Part shown: positions 26,700-39,043 of the stretch, piece by piece
Layout: the number at the start of each line of letters is the position of its first letter
Numbering within the stretch: the stretch's first letter is position 1
Assembly: GCF_001194135.2 (NCBI RefSeq)
Contig: NC_068987.1
Span: 34,945,039 to 35,009,038, forward strand
Length of the DNA stretch: 64,000 bases
Direction of reading: 5' to 3'
Source: Octopus bimaculoides
Lineage: Eukaryota
Translations under genes and position numbers: made by a program
The notes under the pieces: model-generated
Seen by the model: only the letters and a program-made list of their open reading frames with translations
The model's database searches: none
Told to the model about the DNA's origin: nothing

Positions 26700-27800
26700 A
26701 TTCTCCTAGTAGGTAGATGTTTCCGTTGGTTGGTATGTTTCTAATGACACAGTTGAGATCTTTGTAGCACATTATCGCTGGTCTCCTCTGAGCTGTAGAG
26801 AGTGGGAGAATAGATGATCAGTAGATGTTCTGAGCCAGAAGAGCTCAAGAAGCACAGAGAGAGGATACGCTCAGTGACTCCTGATGGTGGTTCTATTGAG
26901 GAGAGTTATGAGTTTCTCACTGCAAAGCTAACGCCGTGCTGACGAGATTCCTCTGGATCTCTTCCCTGCCAAAAGAAGGTGAAATCCTGTTCTTTGAGTT
27001 TACCGTTTGAGGCGAGTCTTGTCTTCAGCAGTCCAGCAATGTCTATGTTGAGTGTCTTTAGTTCGCGGTCAATAATGGCCGACTTTCTTGTGTTTTCAAC
27101 CCCGAGTAGGTCATCAGATAAGCGACGGCACATAAGCCTGACGTTCCAGGTTGCTAGCCACAGGACTGATGGTTTCTTGACTTTTGATTGTTTGTCTGGT
27201 GCAGAGTTTGCAGTCCGTTTTCCAAGTCAAAATCTTAGCTCCAAGCACCCAATGAAGTAGGCGGCTTGTGGCGTGTCAGTACCTTATTAACCGGGGGCTG
27301 CCGAGCTTGAGGTGGGAAGTAGATAACCAGTGGGACACGAGGGTCCCTTCCACCGTCAGAGGTAACCCGTAGCGCCCATATCCTATGCCAATCAGAATGG
27401 ACTTTTGACTCGTGACTGCTACCTCCCATGTTTTTTTTTTGCCACTTTTTATAGCAGCACTGAAGTGTCCTCTCCAGTTTCGCTCAGGCCAGGGCTCGAT
27501 ATAAGAAAGTCCTGGGTAGTTCAATCGTCATGATACCTCTCTCAACCTTGCTGACATAGTCCAAAAGAGTGCAGAGCATTACGTTTGGCACCAGTTTGGT
27601 TGCAGGAGCTGCCGGAAGAGTATCGAGTCGAATATTAAACCGCCTACGGGGCTCCACTCCGGATTTCTTTGAAGGTTGTCTCCTTTCCGTAACCCTGGTT
27701 AGAGGCCCATACCGGATACTGTCAGCCGGAGCCAGATGAGCCCAGAATTCACTCTCTGAAGTAGTGAAGAAAATCACTACCCACTACCTAAATGTAAGAA
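26700..27800 (-). mobile_element. RTE (BovB-like) LINE 5' portion: about 600 bp of 5' UTR plus the APE N-terminal half
   Basis: LATWNVRLM...DIAGLLKTRL...FFWQG...HGVSFAVRNS*, then ERILSL...IYSPTL and an LLGE remnant of LLGDFN. Sequence becomes AT-rich and unrelated below about 26700. Confidence 0.88.
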
Positions 27801-28084
27801 ATGTAATAGTGGCCTACTACTTTCAATGTATATGAGTGGTGGTATATTTGCTAGTAGAAACGAGCCTTGAGGATAACCTGGTCAAAGTATCAGTGAAATG
27901 ATGAGGGAAATTTGATATCCGACAGGTTATAGCTTAAAATATTGTAAGAAATATAATAAATATTACAATGAATAATGCAATACTGGTTTCAAGAAACAAA
28001 CTGATGCAAAAAAGGAAGACGTACGCATGAAGCTTAACGATGACCCATATATGTATGTACCTTTGTACTTACATGTAGGCACTT

Positions 28085-28290
28085 CAAATTTTGGCACAAG
28101 GCCAGCGGTTTTGGAGGTGGGGTAATGTCAATTAAACCGACCCCAGTATTCAAATAGTACTTATTTTATCGACTTTGAAATGATGAAAAACAATGATGAA
28201 CTCGGAGAAAATTGAACTCAGAAAATAAAGACGAGCGAAATGTGGCTAATCATTTTGGCCGGCGTGCTAACAATTCTGCTAGCTCACTGT
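28085..28290 (-). mobile_element. SINE group B, degenerate
   Basis: ttttggcacaaggccagc...cgaccccagt...gtacttattttatcgac...tgaactcagaa...cgtgctaacaattctgctagctcact. Confidence 0.85.
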
Positions 28291-28485
28291 CTCATATGTG
28301 ACTACATTAATCTAAGTATGTACATATGCCTGAATATTTGTATATACATAAATATGTACTAATATACTTACATACGTTTGTGTAAGTACACACACAGACA
28401 GGCATATATATATATATATATATACATATATACATATTTTTTCATGTTTGCAAGTGTGTGTGAATACCAACACACGCCCGTGCAA

Positions 28486-28489
<4 letters not shown>

Positions 28490-28575
<86 letters not shown>
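28490..28575. repeat. (CA)n microsatellite
   Basis: Read directly from the sequence. Confidence 0.95.
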
Positions 28576-28577
<2 letters not shown>

Positions 28578-29399
28578 CTCTCTATATCATTGTAGCTGTG
28601 AGAATATGCGGCAGTGCAGAGCAAGCAGTAATCGGTAACATCATATAAAAGGAACATTGTCATAGAACACATTCACAATAAAAAATGTATTTCAAACGAA
28701 CAAAAGCTTATTGTGTTGTTGATAGCTTGCTCGTTATCACCATTAATACAGTGTTATAACAATTAAGGAAATATAGGTTGAGTATGAACAGAGCTGGCAA
28801 TTGTCTTTATCGAAAGCCACAGTGATCTATTTCCTGAGATGACTCATCGTACTCTGTATATATAAACTAAGATTACTTTACACAGAAGCAAAATATTCTC
28901 ACTGCGTTGCAAATATATAATAAATATAAATACACTTCAGTGGTTTAAATAATGCTGTGTGTGTGAGTGTGCTTGCGCGTGCGTGCGTGTGCTCGTGCAT
29001 TATTAACGTAGGTTCGATTCACTATTAGTGTTATATTCGTTTGTTCACAGATTGAACATTTTCTCACGGGAACTTTCTGAGAACTGTGCCTCTGTCTCTG
29101 TAAAATAATTGAGAAGTACATTTGACCAAGTATATCGTGGATACTACTTCAGGAAATAGTAAGCCCATCAGCGCAACTTAACTCTATCATACTTCATTTT
29201 CGTTAAATATAAACGTTTCATTGTTTTTTTAAACATTTTCCCGTTAAATTCATGCACGCGATTAATCTAACGCATAAAACGCAATAGAACCCTCCCCTCA
29301 TAATAAAGCACTTATGTATGAATGCTTATATATTCATATATATTTATAAGCGTGTTAGTGTGTGCATGTGTATATGTGTGTGTGCCCCCGCGCCTGTGT

Positions 29400-29480
29400 C
29401 TGCGTGCGACTGTTTCCCCACCATCGCTTGACAATCGATGCTGATATTTTACTGACCCATAGGTTAGCTGCTCTGCAAAA
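29400..29480 (+). mobile_element. SINE group A, 3'-half fragment
   Basis: tgtttccccaccatcgcttgacaatcgatgctg. Confidence 0.7.
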
Positions 29481-30131
29481 ACCTGTTGGCCTATGACCTC
29501 ATAATCTCTTAAATAAATATTTTTAAGAGGTCAGGGACCAACATGATTTTGGGATGTGACGATACGGCATAAAGATAAACCTTTTATGGATGTGAAACCT
29601 AAGGTAATCCCATAAAACGGCCCTCCCCAATTTTAGTGTATACTGCTCTGCATTTTCGAGTGTGCTTCTTTCGGATTAATGTTCCTTACAAACGATATAT
29701 ATAAATATGTATCGGGTGGGGGTATATACAGATACATGTACGCATAATGTATATATACATGTATGTTTCTGTGTATATTTATATCTATGCGCTTGCATGT
29801 GTATATCTGGGAATATACCAACAATATCTATATATACACATATATAAATATATTAGGGAACGCAGGACAAGGACATTCAATTTCATTTAATTCAATCTCA
29901 AAATTTATCTACATAATGAATACAAAAACTTTTACGCATACCTATTTGTTTCGATCATCCTGACCAATTATTCTATCGTCCTTCTCTCTTTCTCACTCTC
30001 TCTATCTACATNNNNNNNNNNNNNNNNNNNNNNNNNNNNNNNNNNNNNNNNNNNNNNNNNNNNNNNNNNNNNNNNNNNNNNNNATATATATATATATATA
30101 TATATATATACAAACATATGCATATACATGC

Positions 30132-30507
30132 GCAGGCGTCGCTGTGTGATAAGAAATTTACTTTTCCAGCCGCATAGATCCGGCTTCAGATTACTGCGTG
30201 GGATCTTGGGCAAGTGTCCTCTACTCAAGCCTCTATATGACCGAAGCCTTGTGGGTGGATTTGGTAGAGAGAAACTCAAAGCAGCCCGTTTGCGTATACA
30301 TGTTTTGTGCTTGTGTTTGTCTCTCATCATTGCTTAACAAGCGTTGGAGTGATTACGTCCCCATTACATAGCAATTCGGCAAAAGAGACCGATAGAATAA
30401 GTACTAGACTATTAAAAATATGAGTGCTGGTATCATTCAAGTAAGATTATTCAAGGCTGTGCTACAGCATGATCACAGTCTAATGACTGAAGCAAGTTAA
30501 AGATAAT
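30132..30507 (+). mobile_element. SINE group A, full length, diverged
   Basis: gcaggcgtcgctgtgtgataag...gatcttgggcaagtgtcctctact...gccttgtgggtggatttggtag...cggcaaaagagaccgatagaataagtactag...atgactgaagcaag. Confidence 0.9.
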
Positions 30508-31126
30508 ATATATTTATAATTGAAGAGGTCACCAACTCTATTTGCATCCGTCTTTTTCTATATTTTCCCATTTTCACTCATTTTGCGTTGATGAAAAGCA
30601 AGAGAGGAGAAAATGTAGAAAGCGCTAGAGAAATGAGCATTGAATATCTTTCAAAGAACTACTGCTGAAGAAATAAATTAGAACCTAGTTTAAATTATCT
30701 GTTAACGGAGGGCGCTTCTTTTTGCCGCCATTCGACATTGTGACAACTATTGACAAAAATTGGATTAACAGCATTCATTGAAATACAATGTGTTCTTTTA
30801 CAGCAATTTCTAATAGTTTCTTAAATGAGGTTCTGTCTTTTATATTCTGTCTCTCTCTCACTTTCTCCTCTCCCCTCCCTCTCTTTGTCAAACCCCATCC
30901 GTTCCACAGACCTTTACAACAAACTCAATAACACTAGCTAGAGAGAAAATAATTTAAGAAAATAAATAGTCGAAGAAAATGTGATAGAAGCAACTCAATA
31001 AGACCTCAACGCCGTTCATTAAACCCAAATTCTTTTTGTATAGTTTTAATTAAATCTTACTTTAACTACGTCTCTAATTCTTGTTATTCATTCGTTTTCG
31101 TTAAAATCTTTAAAGCATTCTTCTTC

Positions 31127-31222
31127 TTCTTCTTCTTCTTCTTCTTCTTCTTCTTCTTCTTCTTCTTCTTCTTCTTCTTCTTCTTCTTCTGCTCATTATT
31201 ATTATTATTATTATTATTATCA
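31127..31222. repeat. Compound (TTC)n(TTA)n microsatellite
   Basis: Read directly from the sequence. Confidence 0.93.
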
Positions 31223-33337
31223 GCATCATTACCATTATCCTCATTATTAGTTAATTTTCATGGCGTCAGACATGTGTTATCGGTCTTCACTATTTTGGAC
31301 TAAATTGTTGGCAAAACAGGCGTGAATCTCAATTTGCTTTCTTTTTTAATTTTTTATTTGGCTTTCTTTTTTTACTTTGAAATTGAAGTGTGAGTGAAGA
31401 TAAAGGGAAGGATATAATTTCATAACATTTCTTCTTTGAAGGAGAGAAAAATGTTTTCTTCCAATAGCTTGTGCTTTAAAACACCAACAGATACGCGCTC
31501 GGTACAATTCTTTTTCGAAAATTCGATGTTGGATAGAATCTATTTTCGTAGCACAAAATTGAATATTGGAAGGAAAGAAGCCCATATACCGAACAATTAT
31601 TCTATGCCATGTCAACATCAAGCTGTGTGAAAGGGGTTAACAACACAATGACTTGATTAACTAGAATTAGCTGTCAGATAACCCTCATATCACTATTAAC
31701 TCACCTACAAGAGAAAAATATATAGAATAATCAAATGCAAGATTTCGTTTTAATTGACCGATCAAAGAAAGATATACATCCTTCTTGACACTTTTCACGG
31801 TCTCTAAGACTGATGAGAAGAGGGATGAAGTGGTCCTTTAAGCGTAATAAGGCACTCTGTGTAATGTAGTGTTGTTGTTGTTGTTTAACCCAATGCCACT
31901 CTAATTGCCTTGGGATACGTAGAGCAAAATTATTCAAAGTGTTCATTCTCAATTTAAATCGTATTACTTGAAAGATTACGATGATATGTCTACCCAAATG
32001 AATAATGTAGGCCATGTAGTGTAGTGAATTATATTCTCATTTTAACTGACTCAGCCTGGTAGACCAGCGAATGATTTAAACATAGAGTATGAGGCTAAAA
32101 AGATAATTATGAAATGTACTGTATCCTGGCTTTGAAGTTTCTGTTAACTACTACTTTAGGGTAAACCGGAACTGATAAATGAATAATAAGGAATCATGAA
32201 AACTTTTAAAGTGTTTAGAGCTATATGTTTAGCCTCACGATATTTTAATATATATTTACACCAAGTTAAACGGAGCTGTTTCAATGTAAGCTATCTTAGC
32301 TACTACAAAACCACAATACCAATATTAGAATGTCGCATATAGGATTGCTGTCCAGTTTTCTAATATAATTCAACCACGTTTTGCAAACACGTTATCAACA
32401 ACATGACTCCAATAACTAGACTAAAATCACTTGCAAAGCTAGGATTCGAACTAAGTACCTGTATGATTTAAGCAGAATAAATATTGTTATTTACCATAGT
32501 CAGAGACTCCTCTTCCTCTCAAATGTGAATATTTGCAGCGCTCATTGATTTTAAGCGGTTTCTGTTAGCAATGGAATATTATTTCCCTTTATTGATTAGC
32601 GCCACATAGTGAAAGTAAACAGCTCAATATTGCTATGTTTTTAAACGGAAATCAATAGGTTGGTTGAGGGTGAAGAAAAAAAAATTGACAATACTTTGAG
32701 ACCTTTCACTCCCAAACCGCTCTCACCCCGTTCCTTTACTATCACTCTAATTCTCACAAGCAACACACAAACAGACATACTTGTATGTGTGACTATGTGT
32801 GTATATATACATGCATACACTCTCTCACGCACACATGTGTGTGTGTGTGTNNNNNNNNNNNNNNNNNNNNNNNNNNNNNNNNNNNNNNNNNNNNNNNNNN
32901 NNNNNNNNNNNNNNNNNNNNNNNNNNNNNNNNNNNNNNNNNNNNNNNNNNNNNNNNNNNNNNNNNNNNNNNNNNNNNNNNNNNNNNNNNNNNNNNNNNNN
33001 NNNNNNNNNNNNNNNNNNNNNNNNNNNNNNNNNNNNNNNNNNNNNNNNNNNNNNNNNNNNNNNNNNNNNNNNNNNNNNNNNNNNNNNNNNNNNNNNNNNN
33101 NNNNNNNNNNNNNNNNNNNNNNNNNNNNNNNNNNNNNNNNNNNNNNNNNNNNNNNNNNNNNNNNNNNNNNNNNNNNNNNNNNNNNNNNNNNNNNNNNNNN
33201 NNNNNNNNNNNNNNNNNNNNNNNNNNNNNNNNNNNNNNNNNNNNNNNNNNNNNNNNNNNNNNNNNNNNNNNNNNNNNNNNNNNNNNNNNNNNNNNNNNNN
33301 NNNNNNNNNNNNNNNNNNNNNNNNNNNNNNNNNNNNN

Positions 33338-33368
<31 letters not shown>

Positions 33369-34559
33369 TAATATTATGTACATTTTGGGCTATTTGTACT
33401 GGTGGGCTTGTATGAATGATTCATTAGTAAGATGCAACATACGTGTATATATAAAGATATAACCGTGAGTACGTGAGTGTGCTCACGCGTTTACGCATAT
33501 AGATACACATACGCAAGCACACACACACGTTGAATTTATTCGACGCCATTATTGAAAGAGTAGGTGGTGTGTTTGGTTTCGAAGTAGAAATATTACCGAC
33601 ACTTTGACTACCATTTGGTATGTAGATTTATTTGTACCAGTATTTAATAGAGATCAACTCAAATGAGCATACACTGACAGTGTGTGAGTGTGTGTGTATA
33701 TATACATGCATACACTCTCTCACGCACACATGTGTGTGTGTGTGTGTGTTTGTGTGTGTGTTTGTGTGTGTGTGTTTTTCTAAATCAAACTTGTTTTTGT
33801 GTACGCGTTATATCTTAAATCGTGTCTTCGTGTCTAGATATATAGAAACAGTCATATGAAATTTGTATTTACATATATTTTCGTGTGCGCGCATATACCC
33901 GGCCGATACTGGTGGTGTTTTTGAGTATGTATATAATCGTACTCGTATATACTAAACATCATTTAATGATTAATTATTGTACAACAAATTGAGTAGACTT
34001 TTTTTTTTAAATATTTTCGTCGATAACAACTATGGAAGAACTAGATCTGTTGATATAGCGATTACTCGCTACGAAGTCTTGGAAACATTACTCTAATCAT
34101 ATTTTATATTGTTAAGGTCTGATCAGATTGCTAATCGTTACTCAGATACGAACACGCATAAATACATACATACATACATACATACATACATACATAGGTA
34201 CATACATACATACATACATACATACATACATACATAAACAAACACACTCGAGTGGACAAACATATATGACTGTGTGCATAAATGTATGNNNNNNNNNNNN
34301 NNNNNNNNNNNNNNNNNNNNNNNNNNNNNNNNNNNNNNNNNNNNNNNNNNNNNNNNNNNNNNNNNNNNNNNNNNNNNNNNNNNNNNNNNNNNNNNNNNNN
34401 NNNNNNNNNNNNNNNNNNNNNNNNNNNNNNNNNNNNNNNNNNNNNNNNNNNNNNNNNNNNNNNNNNNNNNNNNNNNNNNNNNNNNNNNNNNNNNNNNNNN
34501 NNNNNNNNNNNNNNNNNNNNNNNNNNNNNNNNNNNNNNNNNNNNNNNNNNNNNNNNNNN

Positions 34560-34617
<58 letters not shown>

Positions 34618-35569
34618 AGTCAAATTGAGCATTTGTGTGTTTTGCATTTGTGTGTTTTGCTGATCTTTGTGGTATATTCTTATTAGCTATATTTGTTGTT
34701 ATATTAGTTGTTGCTGCAGCTATTAATATTGTTGTTTCTATGTATGCTTGTAGAAGCATAGCTGATTTTTCTTTAAGTCATTCTATGCATCTATTTTTCT
34801 ATATCCGTACGTAAATGTGAATATGTTGTATTCAATTATTGCAGTTTGTGTTATTCTCCCATATCATAAATCTCAGCAGTTTTACAAAGGAATAGAAAAG
34901 AGCTGAAAATAAACGTTGATACAATAATGTCCAGGGAGGCAAGGCTTTAATAGACTATGACAGGGTCAGATGAACTGAACCAAACAAATGCACGATAGGA
35001 TGGGCTCAATGATAAATGTTTTCACAAACGAAACACTAATAATGTTAGTGGATATTTGGATTTCGTGGGGCGAGTTCTGCATTATATAATTATATATATA
35101 TCACCCCTCTCTCTCACTATCTCTATCGCATGTATCTCTGTCTCTCTGTATATGATATATACGAGATGTAGTTATATGTGACATTGTGAGCCTCTGTGAC
35201 TATGGATTTATTCTTCAGATATTAGTAATACGATCTTAATTTCGGGACTCTGATACCTGGATTTGTCAGCAATACACGGGAGTAAGGCTTGTAATTTCAT
35301 GTTGCTAATATCTACTCATTTGCAATGAGTACAAAACGATTGCAGGAGTGGCTCTCTTGCCTGTCAGCTACCATTTTTCACTCAAATCCGTCAAATTTCG
35401 GAAGGACATAAGAAAATCAACTTCCCGCAATTCTGTAGGAACTTAAAACAATTAGAGCGCCATTTTAAAGATATATAATATATATGTTTTCTATCTGTAT
35501 ACATATATATGTTAAATTTACCTTTCATGGTATTTCTGCGACCTTTTTCGATGCGATGCCCACAGTGTA

Positions 35570-36000
35570 GGATATAGGCAATCATGGTATGCTACAGTTT
35601 TTATATATTTTTTTTTTTTGTTTTCTGCAACAGTTTTTGTTTTCTGCAACAGTTTCACTTCCTGATGTTTAATACCTCTTTCGTCCAAACAGTTCTGCAA
35701 GCTTGACATCCATATCATCCTTCTCCTTCCCTTTCTTCTTTTCCTTTCAGTGTTTTCGTCCATCGCTAAATTCACCAAGCCCTGTTCGTTCATCACATGG
35801 CCAAGAAATTTCCCTTGTTTGGGCCCCTTTCTCACCAGGTACTTTCCTATTAACTTCAACCCAGATCATCATTTTTCATTAAATACTTTCTTCAATATTC
35901 TCTTTAAGAACTACATTTCACTGCTCTCCAAGCACTCCCTCATTCCTGAGATTTACAGACCATGCGACACTACTATACATTAACACAGGGTAGATATATC
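35570..36000 (-). mobile_element. RTE-clade LINE 3' remnant
   Basis: LMYSSVAWS (like LxYGxExW) and KFLGHVMNEQGLVNLAMDENTERKRRKGRRRMIW (like the FLGHVMR...EGKRxRGRxRxxW RTE C-terminus). Confidence 0.75.
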
Positions 36001-36629
36001 AGTTCAACATAAAGATCCTGGTCTTGACGCTCAGTGAACGGTTTCTCAAAATGTTATACAATTTGAGGAATGCAGATTTTGCTAGCATTATTCGTCTTTT
36101 GATCTCCTTCATATCTCCTGGCGTCTACTATGATAATGGAATTATTTATTTCATTTATACTTAGCGAAAATCAGTTCAGTAATGTAGACAATTAAATCTC
36201 TACTAATTAAACTTTCGGCACCGGTTTATTGTCAATGCTCTAATTTAGTAAATAATCCTATCACAAATATTGTTCATGAAATGAATTAAAATATTCACGG
36301 TTATTATTCTCTCACTTCTCTAATGCAAACATAAATATTTAATAATTTATAATTTTGCTATATAACCAGAAGAAATAGCAATGTGGTTATTGTTTAGCCA
36401 ATTGCAGGTCCTGTCATCAAAATTATCTCGGCTTTATCTACATATATGTTTCCAGATATTTATCCATGTATATGTCTCCTTCCATTTTTAGAAGAGGAGG
36501 GTGAGGCTTGAGGTAGATGTGGCTGCCACCTCTTGCAGAAGACATTACTATCCGTATCTTCACAAAAATTAAAGGTGTCAATGTCTAGCTATGCTTTTAT
36601 GAGGTTTGGATTATCCAGATTAGAGAAGT

Positions 36630-36716
36630 GGTTTCTTGAAGCCCTCTAAAACACATCCTAAATGACGACTCAAAGTGTTGTCATTTAGGACGTGTTTTAT
36701 AGGGCTTCAAGAAACC
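36630..36716. repeat. 40-bp inverted repeat with a 7-nt loop
   Basis: Arms 36630-36669 and 36677-36716, three mismatches. Confidence 0.95.
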
Positions 36717-36960
36717 GTCGTCGCGCTGAGTAGCCATAGTTTTGGATAAGTCTTTGTCTAACTGTGTTTTCCAAGGGCTCGAGAAATTGTTATCCATCTA
36801 GCTTAGTTTTTCAATGAGTTTTTGAAGCCGTTATCTAACTTTGATTCGTGAACGCTTGAAAAACCGTTATCTAGGTGTAGTTTTATTGGGTGTGAAGAAG
36901 ATTTTATTTAGCTCTTATTTCATAGAGCTTGAAGAATTTGCTATCGAACTGTCATTTCAT
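36695..36960 (+). repeat. Degenerate minisatellite of about 36-38 bp, about 7 units
   Basis: gttatc-like anchors at 36717, about 36753, 36789, 36830, 36866, 36903 and 36940; rough consensus tgttttcatagggcttgaagaaaccgttatctarc. Confidence 0.65.
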
Positions 36961-37262
36961 GGTACAGAAAACATAATATATTATTCAGATAATATTCACT
37001 TTAACCCTAAGATTTACAACATATATGGTCCCTATTCTAAGCACTTATAAGGTGTTCGAAAAAGCAGATTAAAGTATTCTCGAACAAAATGATATAACAT
37101 ATCGGCACTAATTAGAAGTCATTATCTATGAGTAAATAAATAGAGTTACTAATTTTTCTTTCGTTCAGTACTGCATAAAAGGGAATGACATTATAGAACC
37201 TTATTCCAGAGAAAAATACCGCTATTTTATTAATGTTTTATACTGCCATACCATCATATCTA

Positions 37263-37390
37263 CAGGGTGATTCAAAAGTCACCATATATAGGAAAAAAAT
37301 TATTTTTTTATAAGAAACAGTTAAAGGAAAAAAACTGTTTCTTATAATAAAAGTAATTTGTTCTTATGTATGACAATTTTTAAATCACCG
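37263..37390. mobile_element. Tc1/mariner-type MITE (about 130 bp, palindromic)
   Basis: TA|cagggtgattcaaaagtc...acaatttttaaatcaccg|TA with an internal inverted pair ttataagaaacagtt / aactgtttcttataa. Confidence 0.75.
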
Positions 37391-38171
37391 TATATGTACA
37401 GCATAGAAGTGTTTTACCTTGCATTGGGCATTCTGATAGAATGCACTATCCAGAATTGAATTATCTACATAAAATTTTCGTGCTTTCTCCCAGCGTGTAT
37501 TCGCATCTCGTTAAAATATATTGAGAATTATAATTATTGTTCCTGTCATTTGTGATTTTGTTTTGGATACTAATTACATGGTTAGCTTATTATATATTAT
37601 CATTGTTTACCCTCAAACAACCAGCCCTCAACAACCCATTCCTTAACGTTGCTACTAAGTGCTAAGTAACTGAATTATTTACTACAGTAAACAGCAGTAT
37701 TACTGTAGAATTGCTGATGATTACTTTAGTGAGTGTAATAAATTCATTAAGAACGTAGTCCTATTTATAAACCTAAGATCTTGGAAACACTAATTTACAT
37801 TAACTTTATCTTCCCGACACTCCGCAGTAAAATGAAAGTTCTATTCCATAAACGCTTATTACTAGAAATTTAGTTTAGATCGTAAAACGATACGACTGAA
37901 TGTTTTCGAATTAAAGTTTCTATAGTAAACATGCTGTATTATATTCATGTTTCAGATTCTAGATACATGTGGAAGACCGAACGGAAAAAAAAGGGAAAAT
38001 GGATATGTGTATGTAAACATGATAAAATGACTAACAGCTCGAGAAGTGCTTTTTCTTAAAAATGGTAAAAACGTTAGTCTTCCCATGAGCAATTCTTGTG
38101 TTAACTTATATCCGGCACATTACTATACTTAACTAGCTAACATTTACCTTTGTATACATATATGTTTGTGT

Positions 38172-38210
<39 letters not shown>

Positions 38211-38489
38211 TGTGTGTGTGTGTGTGTATGTGCGTGTGTCTATACACACACATGTATTTTTGATATGCTGGCCACTGATAAAATACCTTAATAAAATGTT
38301 ATCCTTATGTTAGAAGTATATATATATATATATNNNNNNNNNNNNNNNNNNNNNNNNNNNNNNNNNNNNNNNNNNNNNNNNNNNNNNNNNNNNNNNNNNN
38401 NNNNNNNNNNNNNNNNNNNNNNNNNNNNNNNNNNNNNNNNNNNNNNNNNNNNNNNNNNNNNNNNNNNNNNNNNNNNTTTATATATATAT

Positions 38490-39043
38490 TCAAATAGAAT
38501 TAAACTATTTCATTACTCAATATTTTGATAAGGAAATTCAATAGAAATCTCCAGCTAAGTCACCAGTATTTACTCGCAATCCACTTTTGTATTCTGTCTT
38601 ACAAATGTTCAATGTGGCCACCACTTGCTGTAAGGGCAATATCATTTCGATAAGATAATTTCTTCCAGACACGTATCAGCATATCAGGATCCACTACGTT
38701 GATATCTGTTGTTATTCGATGTGTATGATTTTTTTTCTTGTGGGAATATGTAAAAGATCGAGTTTATGTTCCACCGCTACCCACTAACCTCGTTGACCTT
38801 AAACATCGCATAAGAACACCGATCATCTTAGTCAATCGTGATATGCTGAAACGCGTCTGGGAGGAATTCACTTATCGCATTGATGTTGCCCGTACTGCAG
38901 GTGGTGGCCGCATTGAGCACTTGTAAGACAGGATATAAAAATTGATTGTGAGTAAATACGTGTGACTTAGCTGGAGTTTTCTATTGCTTTTCCTTATTAA
39001 AAATTGCGTAATGAAATCGGTTCATTCTTTTTAAATAACACTG
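38490..39043 (+). mobile_element. Fold-back Tc1/mariner derivative carrying only the transposase C-terminus
   Basis: FFLWEYVKDRVYVPPLP...LKHRI...RVWEEFTYRID...GGGRIEHL* (38738-38926). Inverted arms of about 200 bp (38490-38690 and 38835-39043); right end cactg|TA. Confidence 0.88.
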
